In this document: piece after piece, positions 10,526 to 24,470 of the stretch
Numbering within the stretch: the first letter of the stretch is position 1
Layout: each line of letters opens with the position of its first letter
Assembly (NCBI GenBank): GCA_030390025.1
Contig: CM059425.1
Coordinates: 177,012,001-177,076,000 of the forward strand
Source: Squalus acanthias
Taxonomy: Eukaryota
Length of the DNA: 64,000 nucleotides
Reading direction: 5' to 3'
Position numbers and translations under genes: made by a program
The notes under the pieces: model-generated
The model's input: only the letters and a program-made list of their open reading frames with translations
What the model was told of the DNA's origin: nothing
Databases searched by the model: none

Positions 10526-11508
10526 AGCCCCAGGACATTGCTGCAGGAGTTCCTCAGGGCAGTGTCCTAGGCCCAACCATCTTCAGCTGCTTCATCAATG
10601 ACCTTCCCTCCAACATAAGGTCAGAAATGGGGATGTTCGCTGATGACTGCAATGTTCAGCGCCATTCACAACTCCTCAGATAATGAAACAGTCTATGCCC
10701 GCATGTAACAAGACCTGGACGATGTTCAGGCTTGGGTTGATAAGTGGCAGGTAACATTCGCGCCACAGAAGTGCCAGGCAATGACTATCTCCAACAAGCG
10801 AGAGTCTAACCTCCTCCCTTGACATTGAACAGCATTACCATCACCAAATCCCCCACCATCAACATCCTGGGGGTCACCATTGACCAGAAACTTAACTAGA
10901 CCAGCCACACAAATACTGTGGCAACAAGAGCAGGTCAGAGGCTGGGCATACTGCGGCGAGTGTCTCACCTCCTGACTCCCCAAAGCCTTTCCACCATCTA
11001 TAAGGCACAAGTAAGGAGTGTGATGGAATACTCTCCACTTGCCTGGATGAGTGCAGCTCGAACACTCAAGAAGCTCGACACCATCCAGGACAAAGCAGCC
11101 TGCTTGATTGGCACCCCATCCACCACCTTAAACATTCACTCCCTCCACCACCGGCGTACCATGGCTGCAGTGTGTACCCTCTACAAGATGCACTGCAGCA
11201 ACTCACCAAGGCTTCTTCAGCAGCACCTCCCAAACCCGTGACCTCTTCCACCTAGGACAAGGGCAGCAGGCGCATGGGAACACCACCTCCAAGTCACACA
11301 CCATCCTGATTTAGAAGTATATCGCTGATCCTTCATCGTCGCTGGGTCAAAATCCTGGAACTCCCTACCTAACAGCACTGTGGGAGTACCTTCACCACAC
11401 GGACTGCAGCGGTTGAAGGCGGCGGCTCACCACCACCTTCTCAAGGGCAATAAGGGATGGGCAATAAATGCTGGCCTTGCCAGCGATGCCCATAAACGAA
11501 TAAAAAAA
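10526..11508 (+). mobile_element. LINE family A, right part through the 3' end
   Basis: GVPQGSVLGP, FADD, LGVTIDQKL and YKAQVRSVMEY motifs; ends in an A-rich tail; homologous to 14920-15915. Confidence 0.92.
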
Positions 11509-12865
11509 GTGCCCATGATGCATGGCAAGCAATAAACATGAAGCACACTACCAGCATGAGGTTACACGGTTACAGAAGGTACCTGCTGGCCTGGGCACTT
11601 CTGTCATGCACATCTTCTCTCATGCCTCATTCCAACATATGTCCTTTTTCTGTTTGCAATAGAAGACCGCACACAACTGGTGCCAGCAAATGCAGAGAGG
11701 AAGCGGGGGGAAGAGAGACAGCTTGCTGCAACCACTGACTCCTTACAAAGAAAGGGCTCTGGAGATTCTGGGCAGGGGAACAATTGAAGGAGGGAAAAAT
11801 AGGTCTTAAAGTAGTATTTAGTAGCTACACCAACACACTGGGTTTGTCTTTAAATTCAATCTGCACGTCCCTGGCATATCTTGATTCCTGGTATTGTTTA
11901 CTCTAGAGAGGCGGCTTAGGGAACATATTATTCAAGACACTTAAGAAAATAGATAAATTAAACACATTTGAGATTACCATAAACTCTAGAACCAGGGGAC
12001 ACAGAATCCAACATAGAATGATGAAGGTACAGTTCAGATGTCATTGCTTTATACAGATGGCAGTGATCTGCCCAAGTAGGCAAGATGTTGTTACAAAATT
12101 TAGCAGAACTGGATATTTTGGGAAATGTGTGATTGAAAGACATCAGCCAGAAGGATCAGAGTCTATTCTGGTCCGGAACTTTCCTAACAAAAAAGGTTTT
12201 ATCTACACACAGTTCAATTGTCAAGGAAATGGCGACAAGCATGAAAAACAGCTGAAGTAATCCTCAGAATGCTAAGATGACATTAGAAAAGAGGCTCGTG
12301 GACAATTGCAGTGGTGATGGCAAAGTTATTTGAGTTATGTTAACAAGCAGAGAAACTCAATGGGCTGGATCTTGCTGGAAAAATAATGGTGCGTGAACAC
12401 ACGCCTTTATTGATGTCCTGATTTGACCAATTCATACACTCTAATTCACCCTCCTTCGCAGTCAGTCCTGTTTCTTTCTCAATCCTTAAATCTCATTGGT
12501 TAAGGAAATAAACTCTTGGTCTCACTGAGGCTCCAAAAGCCCATTGCCATGCTGTTATCAGCTTGCACTTCCAACAAGTTATGGCGCAAAAGATTTTTGA
12601 GCTAAAAAGAGTGCAGAAAAAGTCTAAGACACCCTGCAAGATGCGGCCCATTGTGGCCCGAACACTGCATCACTGGCACCAGTGCTGTGCGCTTGCACGC
12701 AAATGGGCTCGCATCAGATCACCCATTTGCATAATTTGCTGGCCTCCAAGTGGGTTTCTCAGGATGCACCTGGGTTGTATTGTGGGGCATCAGCAAAGGG
12801 CTTCTGGCTGCTCATTGTGCACTGGAAACTTTGCTGGCATGGGGGGGCGGGGGGTGCACCAGTTA

Positions 12866-15800
12866 TAGAAGCAGGAAGATGAGACAACACAATACAAACT
12901 AAATGGTACAATTTTAAAGGGGGTGCAAAAACAGAGAGACCTGGCGGTGCTTGTGCACAAATCTTTGAAGGTGGCAGGCCAGGTTAACAAAGTAGTTAAT
13001 AAAGCATATGGGATCCTGAGCTTTTTCAATAGAGGCATAAAACCAAATGGACCACCTGGCATCGACCTAGGCACTGGATTCGGACATGGCAAAGGCACAA
13101 CCAGCTCAGTCAACCCTGCGAAGTTCTCTTCTCTAACATCTGGGGACTTGTGCCAAAATTGGGAGAGCTGTCCCACAGACTAGTCAAGCAACAGCCTGGC
13201 ATAGTCACACTCACAGAATCATACCTTTCAGCCAAGGTCCCAGACTCCTCCATCACCATCCCTGGGTATGTCCTGTCCCACCGGCAGGATAGACCCACCA
13301 GAGGTGGTGGCACAGTGGTATACAGTCGGGAAGGAGTGGCCCTGGGAGTCCTCAGCATTGACTCCGGACTTCATGAAGTCTCATGGCTTCAAGTCAAGCA
13401 TGGGCAAGGAAACCTCTTGCTGATTACCACCTACTGCCCTCCCTCAGCTGAATCAATCAGTACTCGTCTATGTTGTACACCACTTGGAAGACGCACTGAG
13501 AGTAGCAAGAGCACAGAATGTACTCGGTGAGGATTTCAATGTCCATCACCAAGAGTGGCTCGTAGCACCACTACTGACCGAGCCCTGAAGGACATAGCTG
13601 CCAGACGGCGAGAACACCAACAGGAGGGAAAACCTACTCGGCCTCGTCTTCACCAATCTACCTGTCGCAGATGCATAGGTCTATGACAGTATTGGTAGGA
13701 GCGACCACCGCACAGTCATTGTGGAGACGAAGTCCCGTCTTCACAGTGAGGACACCCTCCATCGTGCTTGTGCAGCACTACCACCGTGCTAAATGCGATA
13801 GATTCAGAACAGATCTAGCAGCTCAAAACTGGGCACCAATGAGGTGCTGTGGGCTATCAGCCGCAGCAGAATTGTATACCACCATAATCTGTAAACTCAT
13901 GGCCCAGCATATCCCTCATTCTACCATTGCCATCAAGCCAGGGAACCAACCCTGCTTCAATGAGAAGTGTAGAAAAGCATGCTAGGAACGGCACCAGGCA
14001 CACCTAAAAATGAGGTGCCAACCTGGCGAAGCTACAACACAGGACTACATGCATGCTAAACAGCAGAAGCAGCATGCTATAGACAGAGCTAACCGACCCC
14101 ACAGCCAACGATCAAAACAAAGCTCTGCAGTCCTGCCACATCCAGTCATGAAGGGTGGTGGACAATTAAACAACTAATGGGAGGAGGCAGCTCCATGAAC
14201 ATCCCCACCCTCAATGATGCCGGAGCTCAGCATGCGAGTGCAAAAGACAAGGTTGAAGCGTTTACAACCATCTTCAGCCAGAAGTGCCGAGTGGATAATC
14301 CATATCGGCCTCCTCCTGAGGTCCCCAACATCACAGAAGCTAGTCTTCAGCCAATTTGATTCACTCCACGGGATATCAAGAGATGGCTGAGTGCACTGGA
14401 TACAGCAAAGGCTCTGACAACATCCTGGCTGTCGTGCTGAAGGCATGTGCTCCAGAACTATCCAAGCTGTTCCAGTACAGCTACAACAATGGCATCTATC
14501 CGGCAAAGCGGAAAATTGCCCAGGTAGGTCCTGTCCACAAAAAGCAGGACAAATCCAATCCGACCAATTACCGCCCTATCAGCCTACTCTCAATTATCAG
14601 TAAAGTGATGGAAGGTTTCGTCGACAGTGTTATTAGCGGCACTGATAACCTGCTCACCAATGCTCAGTTTGGGTTCCGCCAGGACCACTTGGCTCCAGAC
14701 CTCATCACAGCCTTGGTCCAAACATGAACAAAAGAGCTGAATTTCAGTGATGAGCTGAGAGTGACTGCCCTTGACATCAAGGCAGCATTTGACGGAGTGT
14801 GACCATGGAGCCCTAGTAAAATTGAAGTCAATGGGAATCAGGGGGAAAACTCTCCACTGGTTGGAGTCATACCTAGCACGAAGAAAGATGGCTGTGGTTG
14901 GTGGAGGCCAATTAGCTCAGCCCCAGAACATCACTGCAAGAGTTCCTCAGGGCAGTGTCCTGGGCCCAACCATCTTCAGCTGGTTCATCAATGACGCTCC
15001 CTCCATCATAAGTTCAGAAGTGGGGAGGTTCGCTGATGATTGCAGTGTTCAGTTCCATTCGCAACTCCTCAGATAATGAAGTAGTCCAGGCCCACATGCA
15101 GCAAGACCTGGACAACATTCAGGCTCTGGCTGATAAGTGGCAAGTAACATTTGCGCCACACAAGTGCCAGGCAATGACCATCTCCAAGAAGAGAGTCTAG
15201 CTACCTCCCCATGACATTCAATGGGATTGCTGTCGCCAAATCCCCCACCATCAACATCCTGGGGGTCACCATTGACCAGAAACTTAACTGGACCAGCAAC
15301 ATAAATACTGTGGCTACAAGAGCAGGTCAGAGGCTGGGTAATCTGCAGCAAGTGACTCACCTCCTGACTCCCCAAAGCCTTTCCACCATCTACAAGGCAC
15401 AAGTCAGAAGTGTGATGGAATACTCTCCACTTGCCTGGAGGAGTGCAGCTCCAACAACACTCAAAAAGCTCAACACCATCCAGGACAAAGCAGCTCGCTT
15501 CATTGGCACCCCGTCCACCACCTTAAACATTCACTCCGTCTACCACCGGCGTATCATGGCTGCAGGGTGTACCATCTACAAGATGCACTGCAGCAACTTG
15601 CCAAGGCTTCTTCGGCAGAACCTCCCAAACCCATGACCTCTACCACCTAGAAGGACTAGGGCAGCAGGTGCATGGGAACACCACCACCTGCAAGTTCCCC
15701 AAGTCACACACCATCCTAACTTGGAAATATATTGCCGTTCCTTCATCGTCACTGGGTCAAAATCCTGGAATGCCCTCCCTAACAGCACTGCGGGAGTACC

Positions 15801-16520
15801 TTCATCTCACGAACTGCAGCGGTTTAACAAGGTGGCTCACCACCACCAAGGGCAATTAGGGATGGGCAATAAATGCCAGCCTTGCCAGCGATGCTCGCAT
15901 CGCATGAATGAATTTTTTTTTAAAGTACAAAGCCAGCAAGTTATGCTAAACCTATATAAAACACTAGTTCGGCCCCAGCTGGAGTATTGTGTCCAATTCT
16001 GGGCATCGCACTGTAGGAAGGACGTGAAGGCTTTGGAGAGGGTACAGAATGGATTTACTAGAATGGTTCCAGGTATGAGGGATTACAGTTACGTACATAG
16101 ACTGGAGAAGCTGGGGTTGCTCTCCTTAGAGAGAAAGCCAAGAGGAGATTTGATAGAGGTGTTTAAAATAATCAAGGATTTAGAGAGAGTAAATAAACAG
16201 AAACTGTTTGCAATGGCTGAAGGGTCGATAACCAGAGGGCACAGATTTAAGGTGACTGGCAAAAGAACCAGAGGCAACAGGAGGAAAAACATTTTTACAC
16301 AATGAGTGGTTAGGATTTGGAATGCACTGCCTGCGTAGTGGATACAGATTCAATAGTAGCCTTATAAAGGGAGTTAGATAATACTTGGAGAAACAATTGC
16401 AGGGATATGGGGAAAGAGCAGGACAATGGGATTAACTGGACTGCTCTTGAAAAGAGCCAGCACAGACTCGATGGGCCAAATGGCCTCCTTCTGTGCTGTA
16501 CTATTCTATGATTCTATAAC
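12866..16520 (+). mobile_element. HER1/CR1-like 3' fragment, split into 12866-13041 and 15921-16520 by the LINE insertion
   Basis: QRDLAVLVHKSLKV...FNRGI continues as ...[16 protein letters not shown] after 15921; CR1-type 3' tail ending in TTCTATGATTCTAT. Confidence 0.88.
13042..15920 (+). mobile_element. LINE family A copy with decayed APE endonuclease and RT, nested in a CR1 fragment
   Basis: APE motifs (IVTLTESYL, GYVLSHRQDRPTRGGG, DFN, SDH) followed by RT motifs; many indels. Confidence 0.92.
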
Positions 16521-16770
16521 TATTTGGAAAAGACTAGATAGATCTTTTCCTGTCTGTCATTTTCATATATTCAAGATTAAATGCTGTACAAGTGGGAGTC
16601 TTTATGTGGAATGCATGAGATTTACAGTTAATCTTCTTCACCCCCCAAAAAATTCTGCATTTCACCAAGAGCTCATACTAAATATACATTTGCACTTACA
16701 TTAAAATTTCAACACTGTAATTACAAACATTTGAAGCAGAGGCTCTGTATAAAACAACACAACACATCCT

Positions 16771-17318
16771 TTTATTGTGCATCAAGTGGTCAAAAGTATC
16801 AACTTTTGCTACTGAACCAACCACTGCACCCAATGTAGGACTAGTATCTTCAACAAACCATAAACTAAAACAAAAGCTGGAATTTCCTCAGAGCCAATCC
16901 TGCTTTACCGATGTAAATTTGCCAGAAGGTGTGGCGGAAATCCTGTTTGCACACAAATGGCAGTTTGGTGAAGTTACAGTGGAGTTCTAAGAGCAGATCT
17001 GAGGGAAACCCCGGCATTTAATTGTGTTATTTGTAACTGAACAGGTGAATCAGATGTTGGGTTCACTCCCCTCAAATCACGATAACAAATTGATGCACTG
17101 TAGTGTGCCTTCAATGCACTTGATGCAAATTTACTGATACACTTCAGTATAAAACCACTGATTTCAACTCTAAAAACTTTGCTTCAGAACTTTAAAAAAA
17201 TATTTATAAAAACCTGAAATGTTGAGAACAGTGGTTTAAAACAAAGAACAGAAAATCTTGACAGTGTTTTGTGAGAAAACAAAGGGTCAGGCAGCAGGCA
17301 GATGTGTTTTTATTTATT
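16771..17318 (-). terminator. Candidate PGGT1B polyadenylation signals in the 3' UTR
   Basis: AATAAA on the minus strand at 17309-17318 (two overlapping copies) and at 16771-16776, the latter followed by a GT-rich tract. Which site is used is unknown. Confidence 0.45.
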
Positions 17319-17606
17319 AAATGCTCAAAATTGTTTAGAAAATTAGTATAAATGATTTCCTACAGAATATAGACAAACCACCATCCACTCAAAACACACA
17401 TTCAATGCATTATCAGAATTCAAAGCAAACAGCAATTGGTTCATTAGCTGACCAATGATAATTCTTTAAAAGGAACATTCTGTACGGCTGTCTTTTTAAT
17501 ACGGAATCCCAGCATTCAAGCAAGACCTTTTCCTAATGACATGGCTTTTTCCTTGGGCTAGAATATTTCACCTAGTTTCAGTTTTAGGTTTTTGCTACCA
17601 TGTTTG

Positions 17607-17930
<324 letters not shown>

Positions 17931-18887
17931 CTAATTTTACCTCTTCCTCTCCTAAAGGTGCTGACTAAATAAAAAGATGGCAGCACTGAATCCAATCGGC
18001 CTTCCCAAAGCTGAACAGGAGACCTCAGGGATGCTGCAGTTAACGGTGCTGCGCCTACTGCCACCTCTGCTGAGATCAGTTAACTCAGCAGACAGGAGAG
18101 GGAACAGGGAATCTTACAGCTATAACTGCATACAGTTGCTGAGTCATCGAGCAAGCTTTGTTATCTATTTTATTAGACCTGGAGGTATTTAGATGGTGTA
18201 ATCTTCAAGAGCGAAACCGGAATACTCGGTGTGGACCCAAAATTGTTCATCCCAGTGTCCTATTGCAGCCTATTTATATGCCATTTGTTCACTTCTGAGT
18301 GATATTAAAGCTGTACAGATTGCTGTTGGCCATGAGAACTGAGGGGGCCCCATAACAATTTTTTCATTACATGACAGAAGGAGGGAGGGATAAAGCCTCA
18401 TCAGAAAATTGCATAACTATATTAGTGAAACAACACACGTGGCAAGGGTTACATAATTTAAACACTATTAAAGTGATAAAAGAAAATGTGTTGAAAATCT
18501 GAAATAAAAGCAAGTGAGTTAATATGTAAAATTTTAATCAGAATGAGCTGTAACGAAGGGCCCCACACCAAACATTAACCTTAATTCTCTTTCAGATGCT
18601 GATAGACCCGTCTTGCATTTCCTGTATTTTACATTTCTATTTTATTGCCCAGTTCTGAAGAATATCTCCTATATAGGAAGAGATCAAATGTCTGACACAG
18701 TAAATTAAATCTGGCCATTTGTTCGCTTAGTCAAAGTGAAGTAACATATGGAGTTGACAAAAATCTTGTAGAGGACAACAATCCCTGGCTGCCTGAATTT
18801 CATGATCTAAATGCAACTCAGCTGTGCAGCAATTGTCACATACAAGAAAATGGTGGCCACATTGAAAAAGATGAAGAATACATATTA

Positions 18888-19281
18888 CAGGAAACTTTTG
18901 TTTATCCGGCACCCAAATATCCGGAATTCTCGCTTAACCGGCAAAAATCATCCTCCGAAAACTCCTCTCAAATAACCGGCAATGTTGCCGAGTCGCAGTC
19001 GAGTCTCCGCGAACGCCGAGTACTCCGAAAACTCCTCTCAAATAACCGGCAATGTTGCCGATCCCGAGTCCGAGAACTCCGATTTAGTCAGCAGGGGTAG
19101 TTTTCAAAAGTGCCACTACTCGGCCTCCTGGCGCTGTCGGAAGTATACTGCACATTTCTTTATTTATTTATTTTTCTTTGTTAAAAATAGCCTTGGTAGA
19201 TATAACTCTCCGTTATCTGGTACTTTCGATAAACCGGCACCACGCCGGTCCCGTCGGTGCCGGTTAATAAAGAGTTTCCTG
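18888..19281. mobile_element. TA-flanked Tc1/mariner (pogo/Tigger-like) MITE in PGGT1B intron 8
   Basis: TA-CAGGAAACT...AGTTTCCTG-TA; internal ~38-bp direct repeat at 18953 and 19023; CpG-rich. Confidence 0.85.
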
Positions 19282-19446
19282 TATTGAAGACATATTCATT
19301 GACTAATCATGCAATTATGGGCTACGTGAATGTTTAATTGTAGTCATACTAGGTAATAACTTTTATAAATTTATATTTTAAACCAAACTGATACCGCAAC
19401 TAAAAACTTTTGCTTCCTACGACACCCATCAATGTTCCATTTCCTA

Positions 19447-19596
<150 letters not shown>

Positions 19597-20809
19597 TCAA
19601 TAAGTTGCATTTTGACAATTTCTTTTACAACAATTTCCTATGAACTATTAAACATTTTGCATAGGGGTCAAAAAACCTGCGTTATTGCTCCAATATGTTT
19701 GTCAGTTACATTTCGAGTTATAGAAACATAGTCTGACCTTAAGTTAACACTTACAGACTGTCTCTTTAAGAAACTGAAAGAAAGAATAAACTTCATTTTT
19801 TTAGCACTTTTTCTTGACTCAAAAGATCTAAAACATTTCACATTCAATTATTTTCTTTGAAGTGTAGTCAATGTTATGTAGGTGAATCCATCAGCTATTT
19901 TGCACACAGCAATGAAATTAATAACTAACTAATTTATTTATAATGATATTATTTGAGAGAAGACACTCAGGGAACTCAGCTTTTTCCAAATAGTGCCTGA
20001 GCAGTTTAATATCTCACTCAAAGGATACACCTCTGACAATTCAGCAGTCCCTCAGTACTATACTGAAATGCAGCCTAAATTATGCGCTCAAGTTCTAAAG
20101 TGGGACTTGAACCCCCTCTGACACAGAGGCAAGAGTCCTAACAAGCTGATGAGGTACTTTGGTCAAATTATTGTGGCCCTACCCCACTGTTTTTAGTGAG
20201 TTACACTCCAAGTTTTCTGCTGCCGCCAGTCACTGAATGGAGTTAGATTTAAGTAATTTAAGACTGGTTCTATGGTCCTAGGGGATTCCCATCCTTTCTC
20301 TTCTACTCCTGCCCCCTCACCCCCCGCCCCCCCACTTACAGCAGATGATGTACACACTGAGAATCAGTAAATAAAAAGGCTAGAATTCCCACAGTGGCAT
20401 CAGTTTCTTTGGGTCCTAGCACTAGCATATCAAAAGCATGAAACTCATTATTCAAAGAAGACAAGTCTAGGATGAGTACTTTATGTTCCAAGTACCTCAC
20501 CCCCCCATTTAATAAAAGAAAATATTAATCTCAAAGAATTTAATTTAATGCCATGGAGGGCCTCAAGTTGAGTCTTCCTCCCTGCTAGATTGCTTCAGTC
20601 ACATCACCAAGAAGCAATATCACCAATATCAAGTGGTTCCAAACACCAAGCAAAATTCTCCTGATGTTTTGAACAAATATATTCCCCAATCCTCATCGCT
20701 CAAAGTAAAGCAGAACTACTATTGGGTATTTAAGTAAAAATAGCACATAATTATAATGACACTAATGTTGGGGTCTGTACCTATCTTATTTAGTATTTGT
20801 CAGTACTCC

Positions 20810-21130
20810 AATGCACTGCTGAGGTGCCGTCTTTCAGATGAGACGTCAAACCAAGGCCCTGTCTGCTCTCTCAGGTGGACGCAAAAGATCCTATGGCACT
20901 ATTTTGAAGAACAAGGGAATTATCCCAAGTGTACTGCCCAATATTTATCCCTCAATCAACATCACAAAAAAAACACCAGATTATCTGGTCATTATCACAT
21001 TGCTGTTTGTGGGAGCTTGCTGTGTGCAAATTGTCTGCTGCGTTTCCTACATTACAACAGTGACTACACTTCAAAAGTACTTCATTGGCTGTAAAGTGCT
21101 TTGGGAAGGTGCTATATAAATGCAAGTTTC
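20810..21130 (+). mobile_element. Deu-domain SINE (SacSINE1/AmnSINE1-like)
   Basis: GGTGCCGTCTTTCAGATGAGACG...CAGGTGGA..AAAAGATCC core and L2-like tail GCTATATAAATGCAAGT. Degenerate minus-strand copies at ~19790-20135, 32010-32390 and 35740-35840. Confidence 0.78.
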
Positions 21131-21474
21131 TTTTGGTTGAGGTATGTAAAATGTCCTCTTTCCTCTTCTGTCAAAAACATGTTTAATTTAATCTTGGGAT
21201 TCCACTGGTACCAAGAGTTGAGCTTTGAGCTCAGTTTACATCATCAGACTCTGATTAAATTACAGCATCCATTATCCTGTATTGCCATTAGTTGAAATTT
21301 TCAGCTGAAAATTAGTTCCCCCCCCCCCCAAATTAACCAATAATCACTTTATAAATTTGCAGTGATTACATCACAATCGCAAATAAAGGTTTGACCAGGT
21401 TTTAAATGAATTACACTCTCCCTCCACTAGGCTAAGAAAATTCCATCGTTAAATTTAAATATATTAACACTTAA

Positions 21475-22945
21475 GTCCTCTGGCACCACCCCCGTATCTA
21501 AGGAGGATTGGAATATTATGGCCAGTACCTCCGCAATTTCCTCAGCATCCTGGGATGCATCCCGTCTGCTCCTGGTGACTTATCTACTTTAAGTACAGCC
21601 AGCCTTTCTAATACCTCCTCTTTATCAATTTTTATCCTATCAAGTATCTGCACTACCTTCTCCTTTACTATGCCTATGGCAGCATCCTCTTCCTTGGGGA
21701 AAACAGATGCAAAGTACTCATTTAGTACCTCAGCCATATCCTCTGCCTCCATGCAGAAGTCTCCTTTTTGGTCCCTAATCGGCCCCACCCATCCTCTTAC
21801 TATCCTTTTACAATTTATATGCCTATAGAAGACTTTTGGATTACTTTTATATTGGCTGCCATTCTATTCTCATACCCTCTCTTTGCCCGTTATTTTCTTT
21901 TTCACTTCTCTATATAGCCTGAATCTCAGATGTATTTGCAACCTGACAGCTGTCATACGCGCTCTTTTTCTGCTTCATCATATTCTCTATCTCTTTCGTC
22001 ATCCAGGGAACCCTGACTTTAGTTGCCCTGCCTTTCCCCCTAGTGGGAATATACCTGAACTATTTCCTCTTTAAAGGCAGCTCATTGGTCCATTACAGTT
22101 TTGCCTGACAATCTTTGATTCCAGTTTACCCAGGCCAGGTCTGTTCTCATCCCATTGAAATTGGCCTTCCTCCAGTTAAACATTTTTACTCTAGATTTCT
22201 CCCTGTCCTTTTCCATAGCTAATCTAAACCTTATGATACTATGATCACTGTTCTCTAAATGTTCACCTACTGACACTTGCTCCACTTGACCCACCTCATT
22301 CCCCAGAACCAGATCCAGCAATGCCTCCTCCCTCGTCAGGCCGGAAACATACTGATCAAGAAAGTTCTCCTGAACACACTTCAGAAATTCTTCCCCTTCT
22401 CTGCCCTTTACACTATTACTATCCCAGTCTATATTAGGATAGTTGGAGTCCCCCATTATTACTACTCTATAGTTCTTGCACCTCTCTGTAATTTCTCTGC
22501 AAATTTGCTCCTCCATACCTTTCCCACTACAGTATTTGGTGGTCTATAGAATACACCTAGTAGTGTAATGGCACCTCTAGTATTTCTTAACTCTAGCCAT
22601 ATAGATTCTGTCCTTGACCCTCCAGGACATCCTCCCTCTCCAGCACTGTAACATTCTCCTTGACCAATACTGCCACACCACCTCCTATCTTTCCTGAACA
22701 CTTTATAACCAGGAATATCTAATACCCAATCCTGCCCTTTTTTGAGCCAGGTCTCATTATTGCCACATCATATTCCCATGTGGCTATTTGTGCTTGCAGC
22801 TCACCAACCTGGTTTACTACGCTTCTTGCATTCACATACATACTCTGTAAACCCATCTTAGACCATCCTGTATTCTCTCTTAGTTTGACCCCTCTAATAC
22901 CTTACTATTTCTTACTTTAGTGCTCTTTGCTTCTCCCAATCATAC
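21475..22945 (-). mobile_element. CR1-like LINE fragment (APE domain to RT start)
   Basis: ESIWLELRN...GVFYRPPN, VVIMGDSNYPNIDW, LLDLVL, SDH and KSPGADGMHPR motifs. Confidence 0.9.
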
Positions 22946-23885
22946 TAGCAAAAATGTGTAGCTCGAAGAGGGAAAGAGTAATATGAAATTATCGCTGAAA
23001 ATGAAAACTACAAGTACACAAAAATATAACTTTTTACAAAACAAAAAAAATTGTTGAAACTGGGTGCTTTTACTTTAGAATTTATATCTGTATATACTTC
23101 CTTCTCATTACATTTGGCTACTTTACAAATTAAATACAATCTAACACTTTTCACATGGAGATGAGTTTTTCTGTGAATGATACTGATGAGATAGAAATAG
23201 GAGTAACAGCACAGTGGGCCTGAAGCTCCTTGGGTTCCGCTCTGCCAGCACAATAGCAGTGGGGGCAAACCTCAAACACGGCCTAGCCCCAGGCCAGAGA
23301 GCACATTCCAAATCCCGACCAGAGCTGTCTACAGACCCAGGGTGGGCAGCCGGCAGCTGCAAGAGCGCATTAGCAGCCACCCGCCCCGAACTGCTCTGAT
23401 GGCAGAGAGGAAGACCCACATGGCCATAAAGAGAACTGATCTCTTCCAGTCTTCTGATCCAAAAGGAACAAGCTGGCCACTGGGAAAAATAACTGAACTC
23501 TTCCAGGATTGATTTCACCTTTCCCCAGTAAAGGTATGAGGCCTTTTTACAGGCCTGATTTCAAGTGGGGTGAGCTTTGCTGAGCCCAAGGAGGGCAGTA
23601 TTTTCTGGGGAGGCCCAGAAAATCCCCCAGACATGCCCCCTCGAGTTGGGGTGAGTTGGTAGGATAGATAGGTCTCCCCCTGCTGGAAAAAGGTTGCAAT
23701 CAAGAATCGGGGCAGAATTCTCGCAGAACTAGGTTCCAACTCAAATCCAGCCACAGGCGGCTGATCTACCCACACTCTACCCTTGATCCAGGCTGGATTC
23801 TCAGAGCCAGTGTGTCTAACATAAATGGTAGGTGTCTATTAATACAATATAAACAAAATCAGAAGATCTTATAGAAAATATTTCA

Positions 23886-24110
<225 letters not shown>

Positions 24111-24433
24111 TCAACACGAGGACACACAGCATCACGGCAAGGTGTTGCTTTTTTAAAAATGCACAAGAATAACTAATGGAGACAGTCTTGTCAATTTATT
24201 TCACAAACATGATTATGTTCAGATAAAGTAGAGCTAATTATAAACTAGTCATAGTTGTCAATTTTTTTTGGGAGGGGAGAATGAGGAAGAAAACAAATTT
24301 TAATTTCAAGGATATAAAGTTACATCAACTTGGCCATCTTCATCTTTGATGCGGAGATGCGGTGTTGGACTGGGGTGGACAAAAGTGAGAAGTCGCACAA
24401 CACCAGGTTATAGTCCAACACTTTTATTTGAAA

Positions 24434-24470
24434 TCACAAGCTTTCGGAGCGTTGCTCCTTCGTCAGGTGA
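24434..24470 (-). ncRNA. Minimal hammerhead ribozyme motif, sense to the PGGT1B pre-mRNA
   Basis: Reverse complement reads tcac-CTGACGA-a-ggagc(aac)gctcc-GAA-AGCT-T-gtga. Confidence 0.8.

Noticed and set aside
18545..18650. Additional hammerhead
   Set aside because: Resembles the Penelope tail at 697-830, but the core and stem II are too decayed to call.
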